A stretch of 64,000 bases of DNA, from the NCBI GenBank assembly GCA_030390025.1, contig CM059432.1, positions 55,926,001 through 55,990,000 of the forward strand, written 5' to 3'. A program made the translations under genes and the position numbers. Origin of the DNA: Squalus acanthias (lineage: Eukaryota). Under the pieces are notes generated by a model that did not search any database, was not told the origin of the DNA, and saw nothing but the letters and a program-made list of their open reading frames with translations. Shown here in pieces: positions 1 to 13,667 of this stretch; position 1 is the stretch's first letter; every line of letters begins with the position of its first letter.

Positions 1-199
1 CCACTGTAGCGTTTTCTCACACTCGAGTGAGATAAATGCTGAATGTTACCAGAATAGTTAAAAAGGTGGCAGATTGTGGGAGAGTTACTGGGCCTGAGTA
101 ACTTATTCCACTAGTCTACTTCCCTTTTATATTAAAAGAAATTAAGTATTAACTGGTTTCTTTTTTAATTTCTATCCTTTTCTTCTCCCTGGCTACTTT

Positions 200-893
200 C
201 TTGGGCTGAACCAGACCATTTGCAATCTTGGTGTTCTGTTTAACCCTACGCTGAGCTTTATTCTGCACAAATGGTTTATTTGACCAAGTAATGACACTTA
301 CTTTGACCTGTGCAATATTGTTTCTTCATTACTGAAACCCTTGTATGTGTCTTTGTCATCTCCAGAATTGACTTCCAAAGATCTCTTTGTTGTACTCCCA
401 TCTTCCATAAACTCCAACTTGTCCAAAATTTTGCTGCTCTTATCCTGTCTCGCACTATGTCCTGCTCACCCATCACGCCTTGTCCTCACTGACCTAGACT
501 AGCCCCTATCTCTCAACATATTAAATTTGAAATCCCCAGTCTCATCTATAAATCCCTGCTTGATCTCACCCCACCTTACTTTTGTAATCTCCTCCAGCCC
601 TATATTCACTCCTGAATGCTGTGTTCCTCTGACTCCAACCTATTTTTGCACTCTCTTCCGCCCAGCCTCCCACCGGCCCACCATTGATTGCAGAGCTTTC
701 AGACACTTCGGGCCTACTGTCTGGAACTCCCACCCAAAACGCCTTGACCACTGTTTAAAAACCACCATAAAATTCATCTTTCTGACCCTCCTAATTTCTC
801 CTTTTCTGGTTCAGCATCTGTTTCTTTACATCTGTTTATGAAATGCCTTGGAACATTTCTTTGTTAAAAATGCTATATGAATGCAGGTTGTTA
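200..893 (+). mobile_element. Degraded L2-clade LINE 3' fragment
   Basis: KLQLVQNFAALIL...SPITP motif; tail 'gctatatgaatgcaggttgtt' shared with the L2 copies at 16737 and 42720. Boundaries approximate. Confidence 0.7.
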
Positions 894-1269
894 TTCGTCC
901 TAATTTTAATCGATGCCCTATGGTTTGAAGCCTTGACATAATGAGGAATTTTCTTTTATCAACTATATCAATCCCTTTCATAATTCAAATCTTCAATTGA
1001 GTCACCTTGAAGTTTCTTTGCCAAAGAAAACAGACACATTTTTTGAACATTTCCTTATAATTTGGATTCCTGATAATATAAAATCATCTTCACTGATCAC
1101 TTCTGTACCACTCAAGAAATATTGTCTTTCCTAATGCTCATGAAACTCTCAAAGTTGAATAAGTCAATACTTTTTTGAATCAGCAGTTACCATAAATGAA
1201 AATTGTTACATAGTAACTTCTGTATTTAACGCTGAACAAAAGATGTAAACTTGGTCATAATTGCACTGA

Positions 1270-1560
<291 letters not shown>

Positions 1561-2985
1561 TAGCCCTGCTTCCTGATAGTGTTTTTTTCTCTTGATAAAG
1601 AGGAAGAGAATGCTGAATTTGAGCTGGGAAATTCTTCTTAGCTTGACATACCATGAATAGAGGAGCAGGGTCAAGGTGATGGGAGGTGGGCCACAAGTGG
1701 ACCTGGGCTGTGTTATGAGTATTACTGGTTTGTGCAAACTACATTTCTCACAATTAGCTTTCTCAGCTCATCTCAGAGCGGCATCCTATTTTAATATTAA
1801 TATGCCCTGAACTCTTGACATAAGAATAGTTCATTTTTTTCAGATTTAATGAAGTACAGCACATAACAATCGCACTGTGAAGCTTCATTGTAGTGTATTT
1901 TGTATGATTTCCAAAAGAATGAGTGCATGACTGTACATTTAGCATAATGGCTGCAGTGTAATTTTTTTCAAGTAAACCTCAGCTATTCTGATGTGTTCTT
2001 TCTAATAAGTCGGTTATTTCATAATTTTTTGATCGCATTAAGAAAAGGAATTATATTTTGCCAAACATTTTAAGTTCTTAAGTGATAAAACCATGTCTTT
2101 TCTATACATAAGAACTAGTATTCAGAAAACATGCACCACCTCTATTTATTTCCCTCAACTTTCAACTTTAGCCTGTTCAATGTTTTTCGCAAGGAAAGCA
2201 ACTGAAATAGGGGACTCATCATGTGAAAATTTGAGAGTGCAAGTCTGTGTGCTAGTACTCCATGGAACACCAAGCCAATTAGTTCAACACTGAACTTGCA
2301 TCTCCCAATTGAATGGTTGTGAAATTGATTTAATAGCCAACCAAAGTAACTGACAAAGTTTCTATCCCAATAGGCACATTAAATAGATATAACTATAATA
2401 GTTAATGATCAGTGAGTCTTAAGATTTTTTCCTGCTGTCAAGCAGCAATTTGAGCCATGGGACAAGTTTTGACATTTTGCCAGATCTAATATTGCATTTT
2501 GCCATTTTGTGGGTGCTCAGTTCACAGTTGATATTTTTAGTGGACTTTCAAATTTACTACGTCAAAGTATCTTTCATTGCATAAATTATATTTTTTCCCC
2601 CAATTGCTCTGATGAATTTCAAGATGGTAGTCAACAATATTTACATCAATCATTCCACATTTATCATATTCACCTTCAGGGAATTTGTACAAAAATTAAT
2701 GTCGACTTAATGCTTCATTTTAGATTAATTGGTCAAACACATTGCTCACGGTCCCATAGGGGTATCATAAATACACACCACATCCCACTCAGTGCACTAG
2801 TGTGCTGTTACTTGTGTGCTTTGTGCCATCTGCTCAGGTTATAGCTGACCATTGTATCAATACTCAACAGCAGAGTTAGCTCGAAGACTTGTGGAGGAAG
2901 TGTATGGTTTCTTGAGAGGGAATCGCCCCCGTATCTACCCATTTTGTTTTGGGGATTTCAGTATTAAGAACAAATACAAAATATT

Positions 2986-3712
2986 GGCCCAGATTTTGCG
3001 GTCAGTGGCGAAGTGATGGCGCTCTCCGCTGACCTTGAAGAAAGCTGCCCATAAAGATTTAGCGATTTCTCTGGTGTGGATTTCACCTCTCCTGACGTTC
3101 ATTTCATTCTGGCGCCAAGTCAAGGGGATCACCAGTGTCCAGTAACAGTGATGTCATCAAGCTGGCTAAGCAGCCAAGCACATTGAAGAATTCTCAGATG
3201 GCAAATCAGGAAGTAAAATCCACTGATTTTCCTTCACTTTTTAATCATTTTACAGAGAGCAAAATAAAGATTGGGACATCCACATGGAATTAAGGTAGAA
3301 GCTGAAACATAAACAGATTTTTAAAAAATTATATTAAAAAAAATGGAATTTTTTATCATAAATTTGACATGCCACAAATATAAAATTAGTAATTTCAGGG
3401 CCAGAATGGTTGTTCAGCAGTCAGTATGCAGTTAAAAACCCAGTTGCACCTCTTTCAAACAAGGCTTAACTTTTTCGGGGGTTTTTAACAGCGCTATTCC
3501 AGCGTAAAAGGGGAAGTTTTCATCAGTTCAGTGATTTGAATTGATTGCGGACTCGGGAGAGTTCAACAGCGCAGCCTGTGGAGAAGCGTAGAATCACTGA
3601 CAGTAACTTCTGGATTTCCACGTTTATCTGCACACGTGTGGACTCCAGAAGTTGCTGTTAGTTTCAGAGGTGTGCTGACGGTTTTGCCATCAGTACTACC
3701 GCAAACTGGGCA
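2986..3712 (+). mobile_element. Non-autonomous PIF/Harbinger-like MITE (~730 bp)
   Basis: TIRs GGCCCAGATTTTGCGGT / ACCGCAAACTGGGC with ATT on both sides (3-bp TSD); same family as 18605-19321 in opposite orientation. Confidence 0.75.
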
Positions 3713-3827
3713 ATTATAAACCTTAAAGATGCAATTTCAATAGTTGCCTCCATTGAAATAACACTGATCATTTTTTAGCAGAGAAAAGATTTACTTTAAA
3801 AAATATTTGGTTTTAATTATCTTGGTA

Positions 3828-3975
3828 TGGTGATGAGCCGCAAACGATGGACCATCTGCTCCACTGCCATCTCCTGTCCGAATCCTGTAATGCTATTGAC
3901 CTTGCCATAGACAATAATAATGCCAAGGCATGCTTGCCTTGTGGCAGGGAAGCGTGTGAAGATGCAATGAAAATA
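3828..3975 (+). mobile_element. 3' remnant of an Ingi/Vingi-like (I-group) LINE
   Basis: Translates GDEPQTMDHLLHC..C...DLA, resembling the C-terminal Cys/His knuckle of Ingi/Vingi ORFs. Confidence 0.45.
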
Positions 3976-4479
3976 AAGTTCCTGCAGAGCCTACTTTAAC
4001 ACCTCCACTAGCCTAAAACATCAGCAAGGAAATAATCAGTTTGACTTCACCACATTTTTATACTTTAGTGATATGAATTGTTAGACTTTGATTTGCAGCT
4101 ATGAAAAATATCTGCCCAGATTGCTTTGGTTGGTTAAATGATTGTGGCATCAGGAGGAGATTTTTTACCATAGTCTTAAAAGTTTTACCAAAAAATGCAA
4201 ATCTTTTGCAGGATTTGATTATCAACATAATCTTGGAGCGCTCCATTGCAATTTTTGTAATGTGGAGTAAGTTTGATGGTTTATTTGATCAAGTAATGGG
4301 CAAAAAGCCAGTCATTGGAATAAACCTTTCCTGTCCAAATTAGGAACCCAGAATTGTTCTTATTCTTTTCCCACCTCTCTTTCGCTCTCTCTCAGTGCAG
4401 TTATGCTTACAAAAGGTTTGACTTCAGTACCTATTTTGAGTGATGTTAGGGGACTGCCGTGTCATACTGCCCACTCGTA

Positions 4480-4900
4480 GCAAATACACAGATGCCTTCT
4501 TTGTCTTTCAATGGGTATATATTCCCATTCCTTATTTTTTGGTCCCAAAATGTATAATCTCAAACTTAGCTGTTAAATTAAATTGCATCTGCTTCACTGA
4601 GGTCTGTTGCAATTCTCTTTAGTGGAAATAGTCTTGCCCAAGTCCAAATCATTTATATTTACCGGAAACAGAAGTGGAGCCAGCACTGACCCCTGGAGTT
4701 CACCACTTCCAACCCTTCTCCAATCCAAGCAACACTCATGTACTCTAAGTCTTGGTCCTGCAACTAACTTTCTACCCATGCTGTTACATTTTCTCTTGTT
4801 GAAAAAATCCGGTGTATGGTATTAGACTCCTGAGATACCTTATCAATGCCTTATGGAAATCCATGCATATTACACCTACTGTGTTCCCTTTGTCCATCCC
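4480..4900 (-). mobile_element. Degraded CR1 RT fragment
   Basis: Minus-strand MDFHKA and QGSVLAPLLF..INDLD motifs. Confidence 0.75.
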
Positions 4901-5039
4901 AGTGTTGTCCAGTAGAAATCCCTCGCCACGGGCATGACTACAGCAACACTGTTTAGCCGAATGCACTAATCTTAGTAGAAACTGCCTTACGCACAATACA
5001 GGTAAATGTACTGTGTGTATATTTACTTAACGAATATCT

Positions 5040-5440
5040 GCCACCATCCCTCGTGTCAAAAGTTTGAGTTATGATAAACTGGATCAACATGGGCTTTTTA
5101 ACCTTGACAGGAGGTATTTAAGGGAGGTGATCTTATAGAAGTATATAAGAAAGTAAACAATAAAAAAGCTAAATCCAGAAAATTATTTTCAACTAAATTG
5201 TGAGGCGAGGACAAGGGAATACAGGTTCAAACTAGTAAAAGGCAAATTTAGGACTAATAGCAGAACATTCTTCTTCACATAAAGAGTGATCAATATATAG
5301 AATTGTCTCCCAGATAGAGTAGTGAAGGTAAAAACTCTGGAATGATTTGAGAAACCGTTGGATGCTGCAATGGGAGACTTTATGTTCTTTCTGGATGGAT
5401 GAGCTAAGATGGGCCGAATGGCCATTCTCATCCATAATTA
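5040..5440 (+). mobile_element. Degraded CR1 3' end
   Basis: RGDLIEVYK...RTRE..FKL..FFT-like coding remnant followed by a CR1 tail 'gatgggccgaatggcc'. Confidence 0.7.
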
Positions 5441-6269
5441 GCTTGTGAATATTTCATGCAATTTATCAGTTGTCTTGTAGCACTGTCTGTATCTGGGCAG
5501 TGGTTCAGATAGTTCACTGTCTTGCTTCATCCTCCCCTGAATGCAATTAAGGATGCGGTAATCCTTGCTATTCTTCATATTTTCATCTCTGCTGATTTGA
5601 AATGATCCCTCACTTGCAGCTTTCAGATTTTCCTTGTCCATTCCCACTGTACAAATAAGATCAGACAGTTACCAGGTAAGAATTTGTGTAAATGAATTTA
5701 TGTCCCAACACTCCATGGCATAGCGTATTGAACTCCAGTGTGTTCCAGACAATGCTTTTGTCAGAACTTTTTGAAGAAATACCAATGAAGATTTAAATGG
5801 TGGTATTGTGTGTTTGAATAATAGTGCATGGAGTGGAGAGGCACAAGTTCAATTTACTTCCTCTTTTCTCCCAGCATTTCCTCCACTCTTTCCGAACTCT
5901 GCAGTGCTTTGCAGAGGCACAAACTCACTTGGTCCCCCCCTTAAATTCCAGAGGGCAGAGAGAGGGTAATTACTGGACTGCTGGTGCATACGTCCTAGTG
6001 GCTGACCTTAATAGAGGGCTGGGAGTAGGTCATTTTCCCTTTTGGCTGTAGGGGATGCATGACATAGTTGAGAGGGGAAAAAAAGAGCAAATTTATCTAT
6101 TGGTGTTGGCTATGCTGAGTAGCGTTAAATACCAGCAAAATAAATGTGTATGCATTGCAATGCTCAGGATGGGAAATAAATTAGGGAGATTAGAAGCAAT
6201 TATGTCACAGGAAGATCAGAAACTTAGATGTAAACTGGGCAGAAGTAGGAAATAAACATAATAGATTAT

Positions 6270-6358
6270 AACACAAAATGCTGGAAATACTCAGCAGGTC
6301 AGGCAGCATCTGTAGAGAGAGAAACAGAGTTAACGTTTCAGGTCGATGACCTTTCGTC
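6270..6358 (-). mobile_element. Penelope-like terminal-repeat fragment with partial hammerhead-like core
   Basis: Minus strand GACGAAAGGTCATCGACCTGAAACGTTAACTCTG...GAGTATTTCCAGCATTTT; same family as 9050, 36748 and 58763. Confidence 0.65.
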
Positions 6359-7020
6359 CTGTGTTGTAGCTTCACCAGGTTGGCACCTCATTTTCAGGTA
6401 AATCTGGTGCTGCTCCTGACATGCTCTTCTACACTCCGTATTGAACCAGGGTTGGTCGCCTGGTTTGATGGTAATGGTACAGTGAGGGATATGCCAGGCC
6501 ATGAGGTTACAGATTGTGCTGGAATACAATTCTGCTGCTGCTGATGACCCACAGCGCCTCATGGATACCCTGTTGGAGCTGCTAGATCTGTTCTGAATCT
6601 ATCCCATTTAGCACGGTGGTAGTGCCACACAACACGATGGAGGGTGTCCTCAAGTGTGAAAACAGGATTTCATCTCCACAAGCACTTGTGCGGTGGTCAC
6701 TCCTACCAATACTGTCATGGACAGATGCGTCTGCGACAGGTAGATTGGTGAGGACGAGGTCAAGTAGGTTTGAACCTCGTTTTGGTTCTCTCACCGTAAA
6801 CCCAATCCAGTAGCTATGTCCTTCAGGACTCGGCCAGCTTGGTCAGTAGTGGTGCTACCGAGCCACTCTTGGTGATGGACATTTAAGTCCCCCACCCAGA
6901 GTACATTCTGTGCCCTTGCTAGCCTCGGTGCTTCTTCAAGTGGTGCTCAGCATGGAGGAGTACTGATTACCACCTAATGCCCTTGCAAGCTGATGAATCA
7001 GCAGGAGGTTTCCGTGCCTA
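6359..7020 (-). mobile_element. LINE fragment (CR1/L2-group family B), endonuclease region
   Basis: Closely matches 39470-40100 (REPKRGSNLLDLVLTNLP..SDH). Confidence 0.85.
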
Positions 7021-7691
7021 AATTTATTCAATTTGGTATGAATTATATGTTTCCATTTTTCAGTTATGAATTTTTTATATATGTATGTATATATGTAAAT
7101 GTACATATGTTGGGATGGTTGAGAAAACAACATGCCGCCTAAAGATATTGAAAAAATCTGTCTGAGCAATGAAGTTAGATTTCTACTGGTTGCTGATTCT
7201 CAGCTTTTCTTACCTCTAGCCTGTAAGTGCTGTAACAAATAGTGCTTTATGAATTTGTTTTTTTAATTGATATGGTATTTGAGTCAATCACTGATTTTTG
7301 CTCCATGGGACTCTGAGAAGTGAATAAGATTTGAAGTGTGCAACAGCGACTCCATGTGTGATGGACAGAAGTTAGGTGCAAAACTTTTAATTAATGATTT
7401 ATAAACAGCAACATTCTTTAGTTTCTACAGTATCTAATTTCCGCTACAATGCTTGACATTTTTTAATGTTTTGCAAATCAGTTATTTTTAAATCCTTCAA
7501 TATTTGTAAACAAATTGAGACAGTGAAAAGATAGGTTCCAATGTGTTTCATGAAATTTAAATATTTTAACTACAGAGTGTTACAGCAAAAGTAATTACAT
7601 GTATTCATTTGAAAATTGCCGTGAGGACAAAAAAAGGACAGCATGGTGGATATGTTCATCTGAAGTCAAAGATGTCATTATTTTAACCTAG

Positions 7692-7895
<204 letters not shown>

Positions 7896-8039
7896 TAAAT
7901 GTGTTTTTACTATCATGTATTGAGTAGTTTTGAAAATCTGTTGATAAACTGTGGAGTTGTTGATTCTGGACATCGTTGCATCTAAGTTATTGTAAATTAT
8001 TTTTCAAATTCAAAATTAACTTGTACCCATAAATCTGAG

Positions 8040-8390
8040 AGTTTAGCGATTAATCCAGTGAGTAACTGTACTGTACAGATCAGGAAGGTCCCAGGTTCAA
8101 TCCTGGTCTGTATGCAATTATCTAATCTCAGCTGGAGCAGCAGTAGTGCCATAGGGTAAGGAAGCAAAAATATGTCAAGGTTCTTACTTTTCAGCTTTTA
8201 TTGTGCTGTAAGGCATTGTGCATGGCACCAGGTGAGGGCAACAGGTTTGGCTATGATGTCCCGCAGATGATTAATCTGCTGACGCTGTCGTGGCTTACTG
8301 AGGAATAGTAGCCACTTGGGCAAGATATCAGAGGGAGACTAATGCCTGTAGAACCATACCCAGGAAGCTATCAATGTCTTTAGAAGGGAG
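8040..8390 (+). mobile_element. Old tRNA-derived SINE-like repeat
   Basis: B-box-like GGTTCAATCC in 'aggaaggtcccaggttcaatcctggtctg'; related inverted copies at ~46160-46310 and ~58160-58500. Confidence 0.5.
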
Positions 8391-9049
8391 GAGAGAAAAT
8401 TGGCAAGAGAAACCACCCCCAAAGTTGAAAGTCCCAAATAAAACTATTTTAAAACCAATATCGTGGAGACCACCTTTCTAAATAGAATAGCTTTTACCGT
8501 AATATATTTTACTCAATCCATAATTTTAATTTATATTATCCTGTAAATAAATTTAAGAAATCTGATTTGTATATTCTGTCGTTAATGTACAGGTTTATGG
8601 AGAGCAACAATCGAAGTTGGCTGTTTTTGACTTTTATAACCCCTCTCATCTTGAATGAGAGATCTGTGCACACTGTTGAATAATTTGAATCATATCAGCT
8701 AAAAGGTCCATTGTATTTAAACAGACCTTTCAGCAGATGTTTGAGGCGGGGTGTGAAGAAGGGATGCAGAATAGTGAAGTAAAGAATTTCTTGAAGCCTG
8801 ACGACAATACAAAAATTACCGTTGTATTTACCATTGCAGAATGGTTAATGGTTCACCAGATCACAGTTACTCTTGGGTTAAGTGATTTTTTTTTTTAAAG
8901 TACATGGCTTTTTTAGCAAGAGTTTATGAACTTTTGTATTTGTTAAAGGTAGAGAACATTCTTCAAGATGGTGCCTTTGATGAGGAGTTATTGCCATTTT
9001 GTACAAGAGAACTTTTTTGCTTTTTTTTTAATGCCTTCAGTAGATTGTG

Positions 9050-9372
9050 AACAAAAAGACAACTTTGGTTTCTTTTCTTGTCCTATTACCACTCCCTTTT
9101 GCCTTGCACCACTATCCCTTTTGTCATTTAATCACTCTTGCCTTCCACATATCACAGATCTTCCCTTTTGTTCTTTACTCCCCTCCCCCACCCTTTCCCT
9201 GCCTCTTTACTTGCTTAAAACCTGTTACTTCTCTACTTTTTCCAGTCATGATGAAAGGTCATCGACCCAAAAAGTTAACTCTCTCTCCACCGATGCTGTC
9301 TGACCGGTTGAGCATTTCCAGCATTTTCTGTTTTTATTTCAGATTTACAGCATCTGCAGTATTTTGCTTTTG
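9050..9372 (+). mobile_element. Penelope-like pseudo-LTR fragment
   Basis: Pyrimidine-rich 5' part, then degenerate (C)ATGATGAAAGGTCATCGACC..AAAAGTTAACT and the family tail ...GCATCTGCAGTATTTTGCTTTTG. Confidence 0.65.
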
Positions 9373-9473
9373 ACATAAATGAGTGTTCATTCTTATTTGC
9401 ATAGTATAATGGCAATGTTACTTTTGACAGTTTTGCAGTTATGAATTGATAAATCTGTCATTACTCTCAATAG

Positions 9474-9650
<177 letters not shown>

Positions 9651-9769
9651 TAATTAATTATTCTCAGACAGTTACTCCTGACTGTTGCAAATTAAACTCA
9701 TAATCCAAATTTGATGCAGTTATATTGGGGCTTTAATGATGTTTAAAATATATACACAAATTCACATAA

Positions 9770-9910
9770 ACCGTGTGTATGCGTGCTTGTGTGTGTGGGG
9801 TATGTGTTGCATGTTATGCTGCGCGCGCACCCACTTGTGTGGGTGCGTTGCGCTTGTGCTGTGCGTGTTGTGTTGCGCACATGCATGTTGCGTGTGTGTG
9901 TATGTTATGT
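9770..9910. repeat. Degenerate (TG)n/(TGCG)n microsatellite
   Basis: Alternating purine-pyrimidine tract seen directly. Confidence 0.85.
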
Positions 9911-10309
9911 GTGAGCCATGGCTCAGTGGTAGCACTCTCACCTCTGAGTCAGAAGGTTGCGGGTTCAAGTACCATTCCAAAGACTTGAGCACGAAATCTA
10001 AGCTGATGCTGCAGTGCAGTACTGAGGGAGTGCTGCACTGTCGTAGGTGTCGTCTTTCGGGTGAGACGTTAAACCGAGGCCTCGTCTGCCTGCTCAGGTG
10101 GATGTAAAAGATCCCATGGCACATTCGATGAAGAGTAGGGGCGTTCTCCTTGGTGTCCTGACCAATATTTATCCCTTGACCAACATCACAAACAGATTAG
10201 TTGGTCATTACCACATTTCTGTTTGTGGGACACTTCCAAAGCACTTCATTAACTGTAAAGCGCTTCGGAACACCCTGAGGTTGTGAAATACGCTATATAA
10301 ATGCAAGTT
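9911..10309 (+). mobile_element. tRNA-derived Deu-domain SINE (DeuSINE/SacSINE-like), full length
   Basis: A box TGGCTCAGTGG, B box GGTTCAAGT, central 'gtctttcgggtgagacgttaaaccgagg...gatcccatggcac' Deu-like core, L2-type tail 'cgctatataaatgcaagt'. Confidence 0.8.
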
Positions 10310-10379
10310 CTTTTTTCTTTGTGTGTGTGTTACGTGTGTGCGATGTGTATACATTAAATGTTTACAAGAACTGTGCTGA

Positions 10380-10556
<177 letters not shown>

Positions 10557-13500
10557 TGAATATTTCTCCCTTGGTGTTTCAAGTTTGATGAGTTGTCCCC
10601 ATTTTGTTGTTGTACTGATTTATTTCCTAATCATACTGTTAAATTCCATAACACTGAACCATTTGTCTTGTTTTGTGTACTACAGAATATATTTATTAAT
10701 AAATAGTAATGCTTTGAGAGGTTCAGTTGACATCACACAGCTCTTGAGTTTTGATCAGTTATTCTGAATTCTGAGTAATTTCCAGCTGGCAGGTGCTCCT
10801 GTGACTTCGATAGTGATACGGACTTGTATTTCACGGAATGTTTTGTGGAAATGAGTAACAGTTGTTTCTGGCTAGCTAAGATCTGCATTTTTATAGTCAC
10901 GCTGTTCAACACATACCTCATCCTTTATTTGTTCATCCTCTGCATAGAAATATAAAATTCTTTCATAATGCAAAGGGACGGAACCTAGAACTTAATGTCA
11001 TGCATGTGTTGGTTAAGAGACATTTCCCTACTCCTATTACATATTGTTTGCACCGCTGGTACTTACCCTTCTCTTCACAGATTCTCCCAACAAGATCTGT
11101 ATGCACTACTCCAAATCGGGAAAAGTTTAAATAAGTCTATTGATTTTGTTGTTAATCCATAGTTTTGTAGTGTTTTTTTAAAAATTCCTATTGCAACATT
11201 TTTCTAGTTTTATTGCTTTGTTATAAATATTTTGCAGGGTTTTCTTCTTTTACTAAATTATTGACTATCTTGGTTGCTACTGACCCACTGCAGATCTACT
11301 TTGATTGGTTTAGTCCTAGTCAGTTCCACCTCAGCCTCCATCAATGTCCAGTGCCAGTTTTAAACTCTATATTGAATGGCATGGATCCTTTCCGGTGACT
11401 GATTCAATGCTCATTGTAATATTCTGGAAGTTTTTTGACCATTTTTCCATGGAAAGGATTTGAAAAAAAGTGTTACAAAAACTGATTGTGTTCTAAAGCA
11501 AAGTGTATTCACACAAGTTTTTTTTAAAAGGTACCGAGATGAAAGGTGGTTAAAATGCTAATTATCCCCAAAGAGTGTAAACAATTAGCAATTAATTAGC
11601 TTCTCTGAGTAATTGATAAATGCCTTACATCCATTGTGTTAGGTGATCCCTGGTCCCGGATGCTTGGAGGAGAGTGTCTGGCACAGGTCCTCTTGTGTTG
11701 TGAACACAGTGAGAAAAAAAAAATAGTCAGTCAGGTTTATAAGCAGAAAGTGGCAAGGGCAAACTTTTACCAGACTCTTGAGAATGCAGTTATTTTATGT
11801 CAAACAAAACAACCAGCTAATGGGAGGAAATGTAGTATCTACATTATTTTTGTATTATTATGTGAATACAAATTGTACTGATTGGTTCACTTAATTCAAT
11901 CATAACTCTTCCTCTATAACACTTGTGAAATAAAGCTGCTTAATGATTTGTATCTGGCCCCATCTTACCAGGTGTTTTCTCAGTCCTTCAAAACAAACAG
12001 AAAGGCACATAGGGAATTGTGATAAAGACACAAAAATCTATTTTGGTTCACAAGGAGGTGCCATTGTTACACGCTGGGATATGCTATAGTAAACATAGAT
12101 ATTGGGCAATGTGAGTCAGCTCTGGCACGTAAAGGGCATGAGATCCACTTCCGGGAGTAACTGATGCCACTGAACCCGAGAAGGTATCTACGACAGACCC
12201 AAATTTGTAACATTCATTTTACTTAGTTAATTATTATAAAACTTTACCAAGTGTGAAGTCATCTTGAAATTTAGCACAAGGGCTTGATTCAATTGAAGGC
12301 TCTCCTGGCTGTAAGTGTGAGGAGCATAATTAAACTCCATTATTGTTGTGCCATGCGACTATCAGGATGGCGGAATGCGAACTTGATGGACCTTGGTCTC
12401 TTTTGTCTAGCAGTTCCTATGAGAACTGCAGGTCCAGAGAGATTTTGGGTACCAATTTGGCACCAAAGTTCTCCTCCACTCCAAAGCCAGGAGGTGAATC
12501 AAGTTTTAGCAGAGGATGTTTCCAGAAACAACTGAAAGAAGCTACACTGGCTGAGGCAAGTTGTACTGTGCCTAGTATGCCTAGGTAGAAGACATTCTTA
12601 GCATCTAAGCTCTTGACTGATGCTTTTGATCCATTTTCACTGACACCAGAAGTGAGCAAGAGCTTTTGACCTGATGCGTAATCTTTTTCAACTATTTTGT
12701 GACAGTTTTTAGAAGGCTCACTTCTTAATATAGCCTCTAAAGTATCTCTCAAGAACCTGAGTGTAAACACCAGTACCCACTGAATCACCACACATAGCTA
12801 TAATATTACATTGTTGTGCATGTTAGGTCTTCCATTTGTTTCATTTTCCTTTATTATGCAAATGATATTACATTTTAATAATTAGCATTAGGTAATCTCA
12901 AATAAAATGTCACATGGGTCATGGTTTGTTAGTTAAACTACAACGTGGCCTGATTGTAATACACTGTTGACTTTGCCACTCATGGTCAATTCCATTCATT
13001 TAAATGTGGTACCACACCAAGGCCCATTTGAATTCTTTTATTTTCAGTTTGATGGTAATATTCTTTGTATATTTCTTCCCAACCTACACACCAGCTGTGA
13101 CCAAGAGCATTTACAATGGTTTTTCAGTTCTCTGGAATGCCATTCTGGAATGGCCTCATATTTCCATAAGTGATAGCAGCCTGTGCAAAAATATCTTCCA
13201 ATAGCTTGGCATAATTGGGAACTCAGTTGCATGGGGGATTGAATCTGGATCCTACTCCTACATGATGCTGCCTGCGTTGCTTTTAAATTGGATTTAATTG
13301 TTACAGAAGGAAATAACTTGCATTTTATATCTTTCGTCCTTGGGACGTCCAAAAATGCTTCACAACCAACGATTACTGTTGAAGTGCGGTCATTTTTGTT
13401 CTGTAGCCAATTTGCACATAAATGACCAGTTAATGTATTATTGGTAGTGTTGGTTGAGGGGTTAGTGTTGGCCAGGGCACCAGGTGTATACCTTTTACAT

Positions 13501-13667
13501 CCATCTGAGCAGGCAGATGGGGCCTCATTCAAAAGACAGCATATTCGAGAATGCAGTAGTCTATCATTACTGTACTGAAGGGCTGGATTTTGCCAGTGTG
13601 GGTGGGCTGGGGCGTGTCAGGTGGAAATCGTGTCAGGACCCCGACTCCTAAGTGAAGTGTTGAAAAA

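Noticed and set aside
9911..9990. tRNA gene
   Set aside because: The A/B boxes belong to a SINE head that continues into a Deu-like core and L2-type tail; no complete cloverleaf.
12417..12791. 124-aa minus-strand ORF in non-repetitive-looking intron
   Set aside because: No recognisable motif, no clear splice signals and a non-ATG start; compatible with chance.
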